Of a stretch of 64,000 nucleotides of DNA, positions 21,694-34,750 are shown piece by piece. Under the pieces are notes generated by a model, which saw nothing but the letters and a program-made list of their open reading frames with translations, searched no databases and had not been told where the DNA came from. How positions within the stretch are numbered: position 1 is the stretch's first letter; every line of letters begins with the position of its first letter. Origin of the DNA: Pristiophorus japonicus (Eukaryota); assembly GCF_044704955.1 (NCBI RefSeq), contig NC_091998.1:24242001-24306000 (forward strand). The letters run 5' to 3'. The position numbers and the translations under genes were made by a program.

Positions 21694-24693
21694 ATGGCCA
21701 GAAACGCGTGCTTTTGGCTGACCGTGCTAGTGTGCAGCTATGTGCCCGCTGCCGAGATGTTCCAGTCAACCCTGATGCTGGACATGGCCCAAGTCCTGCT
21801 GGACATGTACTGCTTCCCAGAAAACTTGGTCGGGATGAAAGAGGCCATCGGACAAGCCAACCAGAACGGGGAGATACTGCACGTGACCGATCTCCAAACT
21901 TTAGCCGAAATGTTGACCGCCGGGGTCCAGGGGGCTTTGAACGACCCTCGGCTGCTGGTCTCCTACGAACCCGGGACCTCATACTCCAAGCCTGTGACTC
22001 TCCCGCCCCCAAGCCCCGCGATGCTTATGGCCCTGGTCCAGCACTCAATCAAATTCGATATTCTCGAAAACAATGTGGGCTACTTAAGAATTGACCACAT
22101 TCTTGAGGAGGACATCGTCAAGGTAGTTGGCCCAACTCTTGTAGACACGGTCTGGAAATACATCCTCAACACGGACGCCTTGATCCTGGATCTCCGGTCC
22201 AGTGCCAGCGGGAAGGTCTCTGGGATTCCCTTTGTCATCTCTTACTTTTGCGACCCGACGCCTGAAATTCACATCGACTCCATTTACGACCGTCCCACCA
22301 ACTCCACCAAGGAGATCTGGACGCTGCCCGGGCTCCTGGGCGAGCGATACGGCAAGGACAAAGATCTGCTGGTGCTGGTCAGCAAGAAGACCCAGGGGGT
22401 GGCTGAAGATGTGGCGTACATTCTGAAGCACTTGGACCGCGGCCTTCTGGTGGGCGAGCGCACGGCGGGTGGCTCGCTCAACATCCAGAAGTTCCGCATT
22501 GGCTCCTCCGACTTCTTCATCACTGTCCCCCTCTCCAGGTCCATCAGTCCCATCACCGGCCAGAGCTGGGAGGTCAATGGGGTCTTTCCGTGCGTGCAGG
22601 TGAATGCAGACCTGGCACTAGAGAAAGCCACCTCTATTCTGGCCGTGAGGAAGGCCACGCCCGCTGTCCTCCACAGGGTGGTTGAGCTGTTGGATAGGTA
22701 TTACTCCTTCGTGGACCAGGTACCTGCCCTGGCCCGCCAGGTTGCGAAAGTTGCCCACTCGGCGGTGATTTCGGAGCAGGACCTGGCAGCCAAGCTGAAC
22801 TACGAGCTCCAGGCTATCTGTGCGGATCCGCGACTGGTGATTGGCGTGAGATCAGAACCGCCTGTCGCCATCGAGCATGACCCCGCCGTGGAGTTACTAA
22901 ACGATGCCGCTCTCCTCCAACATCTGGTGGACACCGTGTTCCAAGTTCAGATTTTACCAGACAACATAGGCTACTTGAGATTCGACGAGTTTCCGGATGA
23001 ATCTGTGCTGATCAAACTAACTCCCTACATAGTAAAGCAAGTGTGGCAACCGATTGAGGACACTGACAATTTAATTATCGATCTCAGGTATAACATAGGT
23101 GGCAATTCGGACGCTCTGCCTGTGTTGCTCTCGCATTTCCACGATCATACGCCACCCGTTCGCTTTTTCACTGTATATAACAGGCTGAGCAACACCACTG
23201 AAGACTACTCCACCCTTCCTAATTTGGAAGGAAACTCTTATGGGTCAAAGAAAGGTGTCTATGTGCTGACCAGTCACCGCACTGCCACCGCAGCGGAAGA
23301 ACTCGCCTACTTAATGCAGTCACTAAGCAGAGCCACAGTGATTGGGGAGATCACATCGGGCAACCTGCTTCACTCTGGATCTTTCCAAATAGAACACACC
23401 AATTTAGTCATTACTATCCCCTTCATAAACTTCTTGGACAACAATGGGGACTATTGGTTAGGCGGCGGCGTGGTGCCCGACGCGATAGTATTATCTGAGG
23501 AGGCGCTGGACAAGACGAAGGAGATTATCATCTTCCATGCTGAAGTGTGTGAGCTGGTGGAACAGGCAGGGCATCTTCTCAAGGTCCACTATGCCATCCC
23601 CGAGGTGGCCGCCGTGGTCAGCACGGTGCTCAGTTCAAAGTGCTTGGAAGGTCTGTATCGTCCCGTTGTAGATTATGAGTCCTTGGCTTTTCAGTTGACG
23701 TCGGACCTCAAGGAGACTTCTGGTGATCACCGGCTCCACGTTCTCTACAGCGACACCGAACCCAATGTCCTGGAAGACCAGGCTGACAAAATCCCCTCGC
23801 ACGAGGAGCTCAGCTACATCATTCAAGCACTGTTCAAAGTTGAAGTGCTACCCAACAATGTAGGCTACTTGCGATTTGACATGATGGCCGACGCAGAAAT
23901 CATCAAGGTTATTGGGCCACAATTATTGGACCAAGTGTGGAATAAACTGGTCAATACGGACACTCTGATTATTGACATGAGATACAACGTTGGTGGATAT
24001 TCAACAGCCATTCCAATTTTATGCTCTTACTTCTTTGGCCCAGAACCTGTCCGTCATCTTTACACAGTGTTTGACCGTTCTTCCTTGACCAGTTCGGAAA
24101 TATGGACAATGTCTAAGGTACTGGGCCAAAGATACGCCCCTCATAAAGATATCTACATCTTAACCAGTCACATTACCGGTTCTGCCGCAGAGGCATTCAC
24201 AAGAGCAATGAAAGACATGGATAGGGCAACAGTTATCGGGGAGCAAACTATAGGAGGCGCCTTGTCTGTGGGCACATACAGGATAGAACATAGCAATCTC
24301 TATGTATCCATTCCAAATCAAGTTGTCCTGAGCGCCGTCACTGGAAAGGTATGGAGCGTTTCTGGAGTGGAACCTCACGTTGCGGTCCAAGCCAACGAAG
24401 CTATGGACGTTGCACTCGGCATCATCGAGCTCCGTGCCAAAATGCCATGGATTGTGCGCACAGCCGGAGAGCTGGTGGCTGATAACTATGCCTTTGCTGA
24501 AACCGGTGCGGAGGTCGCTGGGCGGATCGCTGAACTCGTCAATGAGGGGAAGTACCATATCATTAATTCTGAGGTTGAACTGGCTCAGAAGTTATCAGAA
24601 GACCTCCAGAAACTGTCGGGCGACAGACATCTCAAGGTGGCGCATATCCCTGAAAACTCAAAGGACCATATTCCCGGAATAGTCCCGATGCCG
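21694..24693 (+). CDS. RBP3: Interphotoreceptor retinoid-binding protein, exon 1 (signal peptide, modules 1-3, start of module 4)
   Basis: 1000 codons; repeated NxGYLRxD, LIxDxR and xxGExTxGG module motifs; ends IPGIVPMP followed by GTAGGT donor. Confidence 0.97.
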
Positions 24694-24820
24694 GTAGGTT
24701 TACTCCAGAAACCTTCTAGTCCGAAATAAAACAGGCCTCAATTTAAGATAATTAGTCAAGCAAGCTACTCGGCATGTGTGCATATTAATTACAGTCTTAT
24801 ATTTATGTCCTTTGTTCTAG

Positions 24821-25011
24821 ATTCCACCCCCTGAGATGTTTGAGGACTTAATTAAATTTTCTTTCCAAACGCGGGTGTTTGAGAATACTGTCGGCTACCT
24901 CCGATTCGACATGTTCGGCGACATTGAACTGATTACCCAAGTGTCCGATCTAATGGTGGAGCATGTATGGAATAAAATTGCAAACACCATTGCGCTGATT
25001 GTGGATCTTAG
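24821..25011 (+). CDS. RBP3: IRBP exon 2
   Basis: TTCTAG acceptor; [15 protein letters not shown]...[10 protein letters not shown]...LIVDLR; GTAAAG donor; 191 nt. Confidence 0.96.
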
Positions 25012-26335
25012 GTAAAGTACGCTGTAACGCTGACCGTTAATGTTGGTAAAGTGCCGTGTTGTATTTATTCCAAAATCCTCTTGATTGCCGAAAAGGTGTC
25101 AAAATTGCCCAAAATTGCACCGTTCCTTCTGCTGCGTGTTGTCCACTGCCAACATCCAATGGCGCTTGTATTGGAGTTACCTGGGCGTACGAATGATCTT
25201 ACAATGTTAAGTATGCCATGTAGCTAACCCTTGGCTCGTAGGAGAAACATTCGTTACCATAGTGGCGGGGCGCTAACGGGGCGCCGTGACAGTCGTGCAG
25301 CGGCGAGGCAAATCCAGCGATTTACACCAAATCCCGCCCCCTCCATAGCGCCGCCGCTACGAGTTAGCGCCGCGGACTTCAACACCAGGCAGATCGTGAT
25401 GTCAGTGAGTGTGCGACGCTACTTAAAGGGATCATGAGTCCCAGCGTTAGGTTAGTGCTGTTTCACTGATTCCATGCCAGTTTCACATTGTGTAACAGTG
25501 GAATTCAGTTATTTAAATGTTGGTTAGTCTCCAGTGTGCTGTGGCTACTAAGTCTTCACTGTGCTGTGGCTACAAAAACGTTGTGACATTTTTATTATCA
25601 CAACATATCAAAGTGCTACACTAGAATGAGGTTCTGCAGCATCAATGAACCTCCCCTTTAAGAAATGGAAAGAGCCCGTGGCAATGATGACTTGCGATTA
25701 GACTACACCTGATATTGCCCAGCACTTTGAGTCTAACGCCACTGAGCTAGGCCATTAGCACTTGATTTAGCGCTCCAATCCTTTCTTTGAGGAATAAGAC
25801 TTAATTTTGCATGCAACGTGATTCATTTGAGCCTGTGGCTAAATCTCAAACGTTTCCAAAGTTACCACCCATTCCTGGGCTATAATGAATTTGTTCCCAA
25901 AGGTGTTTGAGTCTCCTCTGCAGCGCAATTAACAATCCATGGACTAATCAGATGCAAAAGGGTCAATGATACTCCAAACCAATCAAAAGTCCTGCTGCTA
26001 AGCTGTAGTCACACAAAGACATCTTGTTAATCAATCTTGGTTTATCCCAAGCAGACCAGGTCAGATTATGATTGGGGTTAATTGGATCGCTCTTTCAAAA
26101 AGCCAGAGCAGGCACGATGGGCGGAATGGCCTCCCTCTGTGCTATATGATTCTGTGATTCTCTATGACTATTTATCAGGTAAGTATAGGATCTCCTCTTG
26201 TGGCATGGATTAAAGGTGCATGCGCTATCTGGGTTAAAATTGAAGACCTGACATTTGTTTTCTTTTCCATAATCACAAATGCCAGATTCGCAGCTATGCC
26301 ATGCTTGGAAAACTCCAGTATATGAACTGTTAGGT

Positions 26336-27602
26336 GGAATTCTTTGAGGATATAACGAGCATGGTGGATAGAGGTGTACCGATGGATGTGGTGTATTTAG
26401 ATTTCCAAAAGGCATTCGATAAGGTGCCACACAAAAGGTTACTGCAGAAGATGAAGGTACGCGGAGTCAGAGGAAATCTATTAGCATGGATCGAGAATTG
26501 GCTGGCTAACAGAAAGCAGAGAGTCGGGATAAATGGGTCCTTTTCGGGTTGGAAATCGGTGGTGTGCCACAGGGATCGGTGCTGGGACCACAATTGTTTA
26601 CAATATACATAGATGACCTGGAAGAGGGGACAGAGTGTAGTGCAACAAAATTTGCAGATGACACAAAGATTAGTGGGAAAGCAGGTTGTGTAGAGGACAC
26701 AGAGAGGCTACAAAGAGATTTAGATAGGTTAAGCGAATGGGCTAAGGTTTGGCAGATGGAATACAATGTCGGAAAATGTGAGGTCATCTACCTTGGAAAA
26801 AAAAACAGTAAAAGGGAATATTATTTGAATGGGGAGAAATTACAACATGCTGCGGTGAAAAGGGACCTGGGGGTCCTTGTGCATGAATTCCAAAAAGTTA
26901 ATTTGCAGGTGCAGCAGGTAATCAGGAAGGCGAATGGAATGTTGGCCTTCATTGCGAGAGGGATGGAGTACAGAAGCAGGGAGGTCCTGCTACAACTGTA
27001 TAGGGTATTGGTGAGGCCGCACCTGGAGTACTGCGTGCAGTTTTGGTCACCTTACTTAAGGAAGGATATACTAGCTTTGGAAGGGGTACAGAGACGATTC
27101 ACTAGGCTGATTCCGGAGATGAGAGGGTTACCTTATGATGATAGATTGAGTAGACTGGGTCTTTACTCGTTGGAGTTCAGAAGGATGAGGGGTGATCTTA
27201 TAGAAACATTTAAAATAATGAAAGGGATAGACAAGATAGAGGCAGAGAGGTTGTTTCCACTGGTCGGGGAGACGAGAACTAGGGGGCACAGCCTCAAAAT
27301 ACGGGGGAGCCAATTTAAAACCGAGTTGAGAAGGAATTTCTTCTCCCAGAGGGTTGTGAATCTGTAGAATTCTCTGCCCAAGAAAGCAGTTGAGGCTAGC
27401 TCATTGAATGTATTCAAATCACAGATAGATAGATTTTTAACCAATAAGGGAATTAAGGGTTTCGGGGAGCGGGCGGGTAAGTGGAGCTGAGTCCACAGCC
27501 AGATCAGCCATGTTCTTGTTGAATGGCGGAGCAGGCTCGAGGGGCTAGATGGCCTACTCCTGTTCCTAATTCTTATGTTCTTATGTTCTTATGTTCTTAT
27601 GT
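26336..27602 (+). mobile_element. 5'-truncated CR1 LINE in RBP3 intron 2, near-identical to 7078-8484
   Basis: RT motifs PQGSVLGP and KFADDTK; (TTCTTATG)4 tail. Confidence 0.95.
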
Positions 27603-28204
27603 GACACAGACAGCAGAGGCAAACTTTCCGATAGACAGTGCAATTACACTACAAGTTTAGGGTCTATGTGAAGCTGTTACATGTTTCACTATCCAGGCTA
27701 AACTTGTGTTGTGTAAACTGGGTATGAAGGCCCAAAGGAACATTGAAATTAACCAAAGTGAGACCGCCTCCCGCAAGAAATCTCTCCCAGCTTTTAACAG
27801 TTTGGGCTCTGATACCAAATTCAGGCTTTGTGTAGACTGCAATTGCAACCTCCCTTCCATTGGCCTTACAGTTATAATGTGAAAGAAATCCTAGAAAAGC
27901 AATAATAATGAATACATAAAATGGTGTTTATTCAATATTTGCTCCTCCCACTCATACTTTTTCCCTGATCCTACCTGTTCCACTGCTCCTGCACCACCAA
28001 AGATGAACTGTTCCCCCTTCAATTCTCTTCTATTTCCTCTACTTCCTCACTTCTCCAAGCTTTTTACCAATCACCATCCCCCTCACCACCCGCCCCCCCC
28101 CCCCCCACCCCCTTGGCACGGAGCACTAATTTAAAGTTTTTTTCCCCATCATGAGTGAAGTTGCGAAAGGCCCATCCCTCAATAGCATGCCCAGATTTTT
28201 GCAT

Positions 28205-28765
28205 CTCTAAAAGTGTTAGAGCAAAATTTGACAGCAAGCCACATAAGGAGAAATGAGGGAAGATATTTAAAAGCTTGGTTAAAGAGGTCGGTTTTAAGGC
28301 GCGTCTTAAAGGAGGAAAGAGAGATAGGGAGGCGGAGAGGTTTAAGGAGGGAATTCTAGAGCTTGGGCCTTCAGGGCTGAGGCAGCTGAAGGCATAACCG
28401 ACAATGGCTGAGTGATTAAAATCAGGAATTCCCAAGAGGCCAGAATTAGAGCGCAGACATCTGGGGGCGAGGCGAGGGGGGTGGAGAGGGGGGGTTTGTG
28501 CAGCTGGAGGAAATTACAGAGATAGGGAGGGGCTAGGCCATGGAGGGATTTGAAAACAAGGTTGAATCTTTTAAAATTGAGGCATTGCTTAACCGGGAAC
28601 CAATGTAGGTCAGCGAGCGCAGGGGTGTTGGGTGAACGAGACTTGGTGTGAGTTAGGACACGGGCAGCCGAGTTTTGGATGACATCAAGTTTATGCATGG
28701 TAGAAGGTGGGAGGCCAGGCAGGAATGCATTGGAATAGTCAGGTTTAGAGGCAACAAAAGCACCA
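28205..28765 (-). mobile_element. L2-clade LINE 3' fragment
   Basis: DYSNAFL...QNSAARVLT...LADLHWFPV...VFKSLHGLAPPYL. Confidence 0.85.
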
Positions 28766-29840
28766 CAGCTTAGGAAGGATATAATGGCCTTGGAGGGAGT
28801 GCAGTGTAGATTTATCATAATTATACCTGGACTCCGAGAATTAAATTAAGAGGAGAGATTGCACAAACTAGGGTTGTATTCCCCCGAGTTTAGAAAGTTA
28901 AGGGATGATTTGATCGAAGTTTTCAAGATATTAAGGAGAACTGATAGGGTAGATAGAGAGAAACTATTTCTGCTGGTTGGCAAGTCTAGAACTAGGGGGC
29001 ATAGTCTAAACATTAGAGCCAGGCCTGTCAGAAAATGGGGGTAGAGACGATGTACAGAAAACACCTCAAGTCGTTGGAGATATATCACCAACGATGTCTC
29101 CGCAAGATCCTACAAATCCCCTGGGAGGACAGGCGCACCAACATCAGTGTCCTCATCCAGGCTAACATCCTCAGCATTGAAGCACTGACCACACTCGATC
29201 AGCTTCGCTGGGCAGGCCACATAGTTCGCATGCCAGACACGAGACTCCCAAAGCAAGTGCTCTATGCAGAGCTCCTTCATATCAAATGAGTCAAAGGTGG
29301 TCAGCGGAAACGTTACAAAGACACCCTCAAAGCCTTCATGATAAGGTGCGACATCACCACTGACACCTGGGAGTCCCTGACTAAAGACCACCCGAAATGG
29401 AGAAAGTGCATCCGGGAGGGCATTGAGCACTTCGAGTCTCAACGCCGAGAGCGTGCAGAAATCAAGCACAGGCAATGGAAAGAGCGTGCGACAAACCAGT
29501 CCCACCCACCCCTTCCCTCAATGACTGTCTGTGACAGAGTCTGTGACTCTCGTATTGGACTGTTCAGCCACCAAAGAACTCACTTCAGGAGTGGAAGCAA
29601 GTCTTCCTCGATTCGGAGGGACTGCCTATGATGATGTAGAAGTTTGGAGCTCTCTTCCGCAAAAAGCAATTGTTTCTAGCTCAATTGTTAATTTTAATGC
29701 TAAGATTGATAGATTTTTGTTAACCAAAGGTATTAAAGGATATGGGGCAAAGGCGGGTATATGGAGTTAGACCACAGATCAGCTATGATCGAGGGGCTCG
29801 AGGGGCTAAATGGCCTACTCCTTTTCCTATGGTCCTATGT
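28766..29840 (+). mobile_element. CR1 3' fragment split by an RTE insertion
   Basis: LGLYSPEFRKLRDDLIEVFKI before the RTE and VEVWSSLPQKA...GIKGYG after it. Confidence 0.85.
29031..29635 (+). mobile_element. RTE-clade LINE 3' end
   Basis: HQRCLRKILQIPWEDRRTN...QLRWAGHIVRMPDTRLPKQ; (TGA)n tail. Confidence 0.9.
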
Positions 29841-30142
29841 CAACGAGACATGTTTCACTAATCTTGCTAAACGGCTGTAGTTTTTAGCAATTTAAAGTAT
29901 GGAAGAGCAAACAAAAGAATGTCCTGTACATGTAAAAATAGTGGTACTCACCTGGGTGCAATCATTATTAATGCCATGTGCAGTAACACAGATAAAGCAA
30001 AATAAATAATGAGTCTAATTCTCTGATAATACAGTACAGTATTTCCAAAATATTTGCCAACAGGTTGCACAGTGATTACAATGCAGAAATGCACTGTAAA
30101 TCATATTTGTCCCTAGGGAATAAATGGAGAGTATTTATGGAT

Positions 30143-30500
30143 ATCATCATCATCATCTTAGCAGTCCCTTGGAATCGAGGAAGACTTCCTTCCACTCTTA
30201 AAATGAGTTCTTAGGTGGCTGAACAGTCTAATATGAGAACCACAGTCTCTGTCACAGGTGGGTCAGATAGTCGTTGAGGGAAGAGGTGGGTGGGACTGAT
30301 TTGCGACACGCTCTTTCCACTGCTTGCGCTGGAGTTCTGCATGCTCTCGGCAATGAGACTCGAGGTGCTCAGCGCCCTCCCGTATGCACTTCCTCCACTT
30401 CGGGCGGTCTTTGGCCAGGGACTCCCAGGTGTCAGTGGGGATGCTGCACTTTATCAGAGAGGCTTTGAGGATATCCTTGTAACGTTTCCTCTGCCCACCT
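30143..30500 (-). mobile_element. RTE-clade LINE 3' end
   Basis: Same family as 14712-15168. Confidence 0.85.
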
Positions 30501-30999
30501 TATATGTGCTGTCTACAGTTGACATGGGTCTAGCTAATACTTAAATAATATACAATATAAGCCACAAATGTGTGGCTGATCTGTAATGTACCTTGGCCAT
30601 TCATTATATCATATACATAAGTTTTTTCCACTTAACTGCACTGCTGAAAAATTATGTATTTTAACGCTAGTTAGTTGGGCATGCAGGCAAGTGCATTATT
30701 CATAATGACAAGTGTGTCTTCCCAGCATCAAAAGGGATAATATTAACAATGGCTAACTGATATCAGGAATGCTAAATTATAGGAACATTTTCAAGACGTT
30801 CTGACATCCAGCTTCCAATAATTATCAGGAAATAAAGGGTGATAAACAAATATGACAATTGATATATTATAATGGCTGAGCAAGCTGAATCAAAATACTG
30901 GATAATATAGTGAGTTAGACATTGGTCTTTCAATTCTGGGGATCTTAGCTCAAATCCAACCCAAACGGATTGGATCAAACACATCTCTGTCTGCTGGTG

Positions 31000-31377
31000 T
31001 AATGCTTATGGTACTGGATGAGTAATTCAATAGGCCTGAGCTAAGATCTGGAGACATGAGTTCAAATCCCGCCATAGACAGCTGCAGAATTTAAATTCAG
31101 TTAACTAAATAAATCTGAAATGTTAAAAAAATCTGGTATCAGTAATGGTCACCATGGTTGTTGTAAAAATCCATCTGGTTCACTAATGTACTTTAGGGAA
31201 GGAAATTTGCTGTCTTTACCTGGTCTGGCCCACATGTGATTCCTGACTCTTGTGGTTGACTTTTAACTGCCCTCTGAAATGGCAGCTCACTACCACCTTC
31301 TCAAGGGCAATTCGGGATGGCCAATAAATGCTGGCCTTACCAGTGACATCCACATCCCGTGAATGAATAAAAAAAAG
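31000..31377 (+). mobile_element. tRNA-derived SINE (family of 11345-11745)
   Basis: GAGTTCAAATCCC B-box-like motif, shared body and tail. Confidence 0.75.
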
Positions 31378-32548
31378 GTCATGTTACCAAAAAACTAAGA
31401 TTTTGTTTTTAATATTTGGGAATCTGAGAATTTTACTGATGTTTTGAGAATTAAATTCAACAATTCCATCCATTTAACCCTGAAAATCATAAATCACTGT
31501 CCTCATGTTGCAGTAATAGATCTCTAATCATGATGTGTTAGTTAATGTTATCAAATACATTTTATCAAATGCATTCACCAGGCAGTGTGGAGATAACTAT
31601 ATCCTAATGTGGCAATATAAATAGTAATAGAATGTCACATGGTTACAAGTGCTACTGTACTAAAATGTTTGAGTGAGATGCAGTTATGTTATGCAACTAT
31701 AGTGAATGTCATTTTGATGTTGATTATTTAACACTGATGGTTTGATGGTTGTTGCATCACATGACAGGATGAGCAGATATAAGTTTTTCTATCGTGTCAC
31801 TTGATTTTTTTGTTTCCTGCTGTTGCATTAGGAAATTACATTACGGTGCAGTGTGACAAAAGGCAAATCTATCTGTGTATAATCCAATTTCATTTCACAA
31901 CTTGGAAACATGCCAGCTGGCTTAATCAGAATTAAATTCAATCTTAGGTATTTCTTTATATAGACATATTTTTGCATCAAAACTCTTTAAAATATCTATT
32001 TTGAGGAAGTTGATAACAGATAAATAAAAAGCATCAAATAATTACAACATACAGCACAAAGGGGCTTAGGTTACATTTAAAAAGACGCACTTGTATTTTC
32101 TGATGATAATCATTTGGAACAAGTATGCAAAGTTCAACTAACTCCATGATTGTCATTTCCCATCCATCAAAAACATTGAGAGGGAGGCATTGTTAGATGG
32201 TCAGTATGTTGTGTTGCTGAAAGGAAAGCTTAACTCAGTACATGGTTGAAGCAATAGATTGTGCGCCGAGGTACAGACTCTATCCAGTTTGAAGTTAATC
32301 ATTCAATGCACTACGAAACACAAACCACGTTAGGGAAGGATCATTCGGATGTTTCATTGAGTTATGGTGTAAAAGTAGCCTTGACTTTTAAGTAAATCAA
32401 GTGAACAGCAGTACACTAGTGTCAGATATCTTTCAGTTCTTCACTCCCCATCTTTAAATTATTCTGATTGCTGTTTAATATGCTCCAAAAACTCTAATAC
32501 TTTTCTTTGTCAATTTAAACTAATTCAATTGCATCCTTTGTGGCGTAG

Positions 32549-32691
32549 GTACAACATTGGAGGACCTACATCTTCGATCCCAGCCCTGTGTTCCTATTTC
32601 TTTGACGATGGGAACCCGGTGCTTCTAGATACCATTTACAACAGATCTTCTGATTCAATCTCGGAGATATGGACCATTCCACGAGTAGCAG
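32549..32691 (+). CDS. RBP3: IRBP exon 3
   Basis: CGTAG acceptor; [21 protein letters not shown]...IWTIPRVA; GTAACA donor; 143 nt; phases match. Confidence 0.96.
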
Positions 32692-32779
32692 GTAACAGAT
32701 AAATGGTTTCAAAATGTTTGCCCTTGCTCGCTTTTACCAGAACCCCTTGTAATTGATGCTCTGATTTTTTTTATATAAG

Positions 32780-33105
32780 GGGAGCGATATGGCTCTAAAA
32801 GAGAGGTAATTCTCCTCACCAGCAACCTCACTTCAGGGGCGGCGGAGGAATTCGTCTTTGTAATGAAGAAGTCGGGAAGGGCTCTGGTTGTTGGCGAGGT
32901 GACGAGCGGCGGATGCCACCCTCCACAAACCTATCATGTGGACGATACCAATCTTTACCTGACCATCCCGACTGTCAGGTCTTCCAGCCTGGAGGGAGCC
33001 TCCTGGGAAGGAGCTGGAGTTGCACCCCACCTAGCGGTACCTGCTGGAATAGCGCTGGAGAAAGCCAAGGACATTTTGAGAAGTCACCTGCATGGAAGTT
33101 CCTAA
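32780..33105 (+). CDS. RBP3: IRBP exon 4 (to stop)
   Basis: ATAAG acceptor; ERYGSK...[27 protein letters not shown]...[10 protein letters not shown]; TAA. Spliced CDS is 3660 nt. Confidence 0.96.
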
Positions 33106-33203
33106 TCTGCTCCCCCATAGCTTCAGCACATATAGTGAAGTACAAATAGTTGATTGTGTCATTCAAATAGGACCAAAGGGTCTATGGGCACATGTTGGAT
33201 ATA

Positions 33204-33640
33204 CATAAGAACATAAGAAATAGGCAGGAGTCAGCCATTTGTCCCCTCGATCCTGCTTCGCCATTCAATAATATCATGGCTGATCTGATCCTGGCCTCAA
33301 CTCCACTTCCCTGCCCACTCCCTATAATCCTTGACTCCCCTATCATTCAAAATATTGTCTATCTCCACCTTAAATATATTCAATGACCCAGCATTCGCAG
33401 CTCTCTGGGATAGAAAGTTCCAAAGATTCACAACCATCTGAGAGAAGAAATTCCTCCGAATCTCCTTTCCAAATGGGCAACCCCTTATTCTGAAACTATG
33501 CCCCCTAGTTTTAGATTCCCCCATGAGGGGAAACATCCTCCCTGCATATACCCTGTCAAGCTGCCACAGAATCATATACATTTCAATACAATCACCTCTC
33601 ACTCTTCTAAACTCCAATGAGTATAGGCCCAACTCTCAGC
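33204..33640 (-). mobile_element. CR1 3' end in the presumed RBP3 3' UTR
   Basis: LYSLEFRRVRGD...RRNFFSQ...AGKWS; candidate AATAAA follows at about 33712. Confidence 0.9.
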
Positions 33641-34164
33641 TTATAGCACCCATGGTGAAATGAAACATCACTATCCCTTCATTACTGTTCTCCACATGTT
33701 TGAATATGTTTAATAAAAATGTCTGTTTAATGTGTGTTACTAAGCAGAGTGTTTCCCGACTTCGAATGTAGTTCCAGAACTGTGTGGCACAGTTGACTAC
33801 CCTCATCTTGTCTGCCTTGTTGGTACTTGGCTGAGAATATTAATTTTATTGTATTTGATGTAACTGTTTTTAGTTTAGCATTTGCTTTTTGATAGTTTCG
33901 ATGATTGTTCCATTGCCTTCATTTTCTTCACGTCAACGAATATCGTGTAATGTTTCAGCAGGGGAAACATCACTATAATTGCGAGGGCACTTTGTGTGAA
34001 TCGGCAAGGATTAATACAATAAACATTGTAAAATTTTTAAAAAATGTGGAGGTTGTTTGCCAAAACGTATCAATCTGCTCTGGTTTGTTAATCAATGTCT
34101 GGGTTTAAGAACATCTAATTTATATTATTCCTGATAATGCAAAGAAAGACTTGCACTTCTAAAG

Positions 34165-34400
34165 TGCAGGGGAGTTATCCCTGGTATCCTGGGCCAATAT
34201 TTATAACTCTATCAACATAACAAAAACAGATTATCTGATCAATATCACATTGCTGTTTGTGGGAGCTTGCTGTGTGCAAGTTGGCTGCCATCTTTCCCAC
34301 ATTACAACAGTGACTACACTCCAAAAGCATTCCATTGGCTGTAAAGCGCTTTGATACATCTGATGGTCATGAAAAGCGCTATAGAAATGCAAGTCTTTTT
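34165..34400 (+). mobile_element. DeuSINE/SacSINE-like SINE
   Basis: Reverse complement of 3935-4170. Confidence 0.8.
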
Positions 34401-34559
34401 GATAATACAAACTCAATTATCCTTAAAATGGTATCTATAGCTTTATTACTTTAGTATCAATGTGAAATCCAATTGTAGAATCTAAGTAACTAACTGCGGC
34501 CATTGGCTCTGGAGAAACACGTTGGATCAAAATGTAAGGAAAAGATCCTTAACCTGAAA

Positions 34560-34750
34560 AGGTGGTCGAGTGGGAAACGTTCATCACATTTTAAAAAGTG
34601 CTTGGATGTGCACTTGAAGTGCTGTAACCTACAAGACTACGGACCCAGTGCTGGAAAGTGGTATCAGGCTGGATAGCTCTTTTTCGGCTGACACAGGCAC
34701 GATGGGCCGAATGGCCTCTTTCTGTGCCGTAAATTTCTATGATTCTATGA
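34560..34750 (+). mobile_element. CR1-like 3' end
   Basis: GGCACGATGGGCCGAATGGCCT...TTCTATGATTCTATGA tail; similar to about 26085-26165 and 50510-50830. Confidence 0.7.

Noticed and set aside
21533-24682. Overlapping and antisense ORFs inside RBP3 exon 1
   Set aside because: Expected by-products of GC-rich coding sequence; no recognisable domains.
24694-24729. End of the 1011-aa ORF as the true IRBP C-terminus
   Set aside because: It is read-through past the GTAGGT donor; exons 2-4 complete module 4 in frame.
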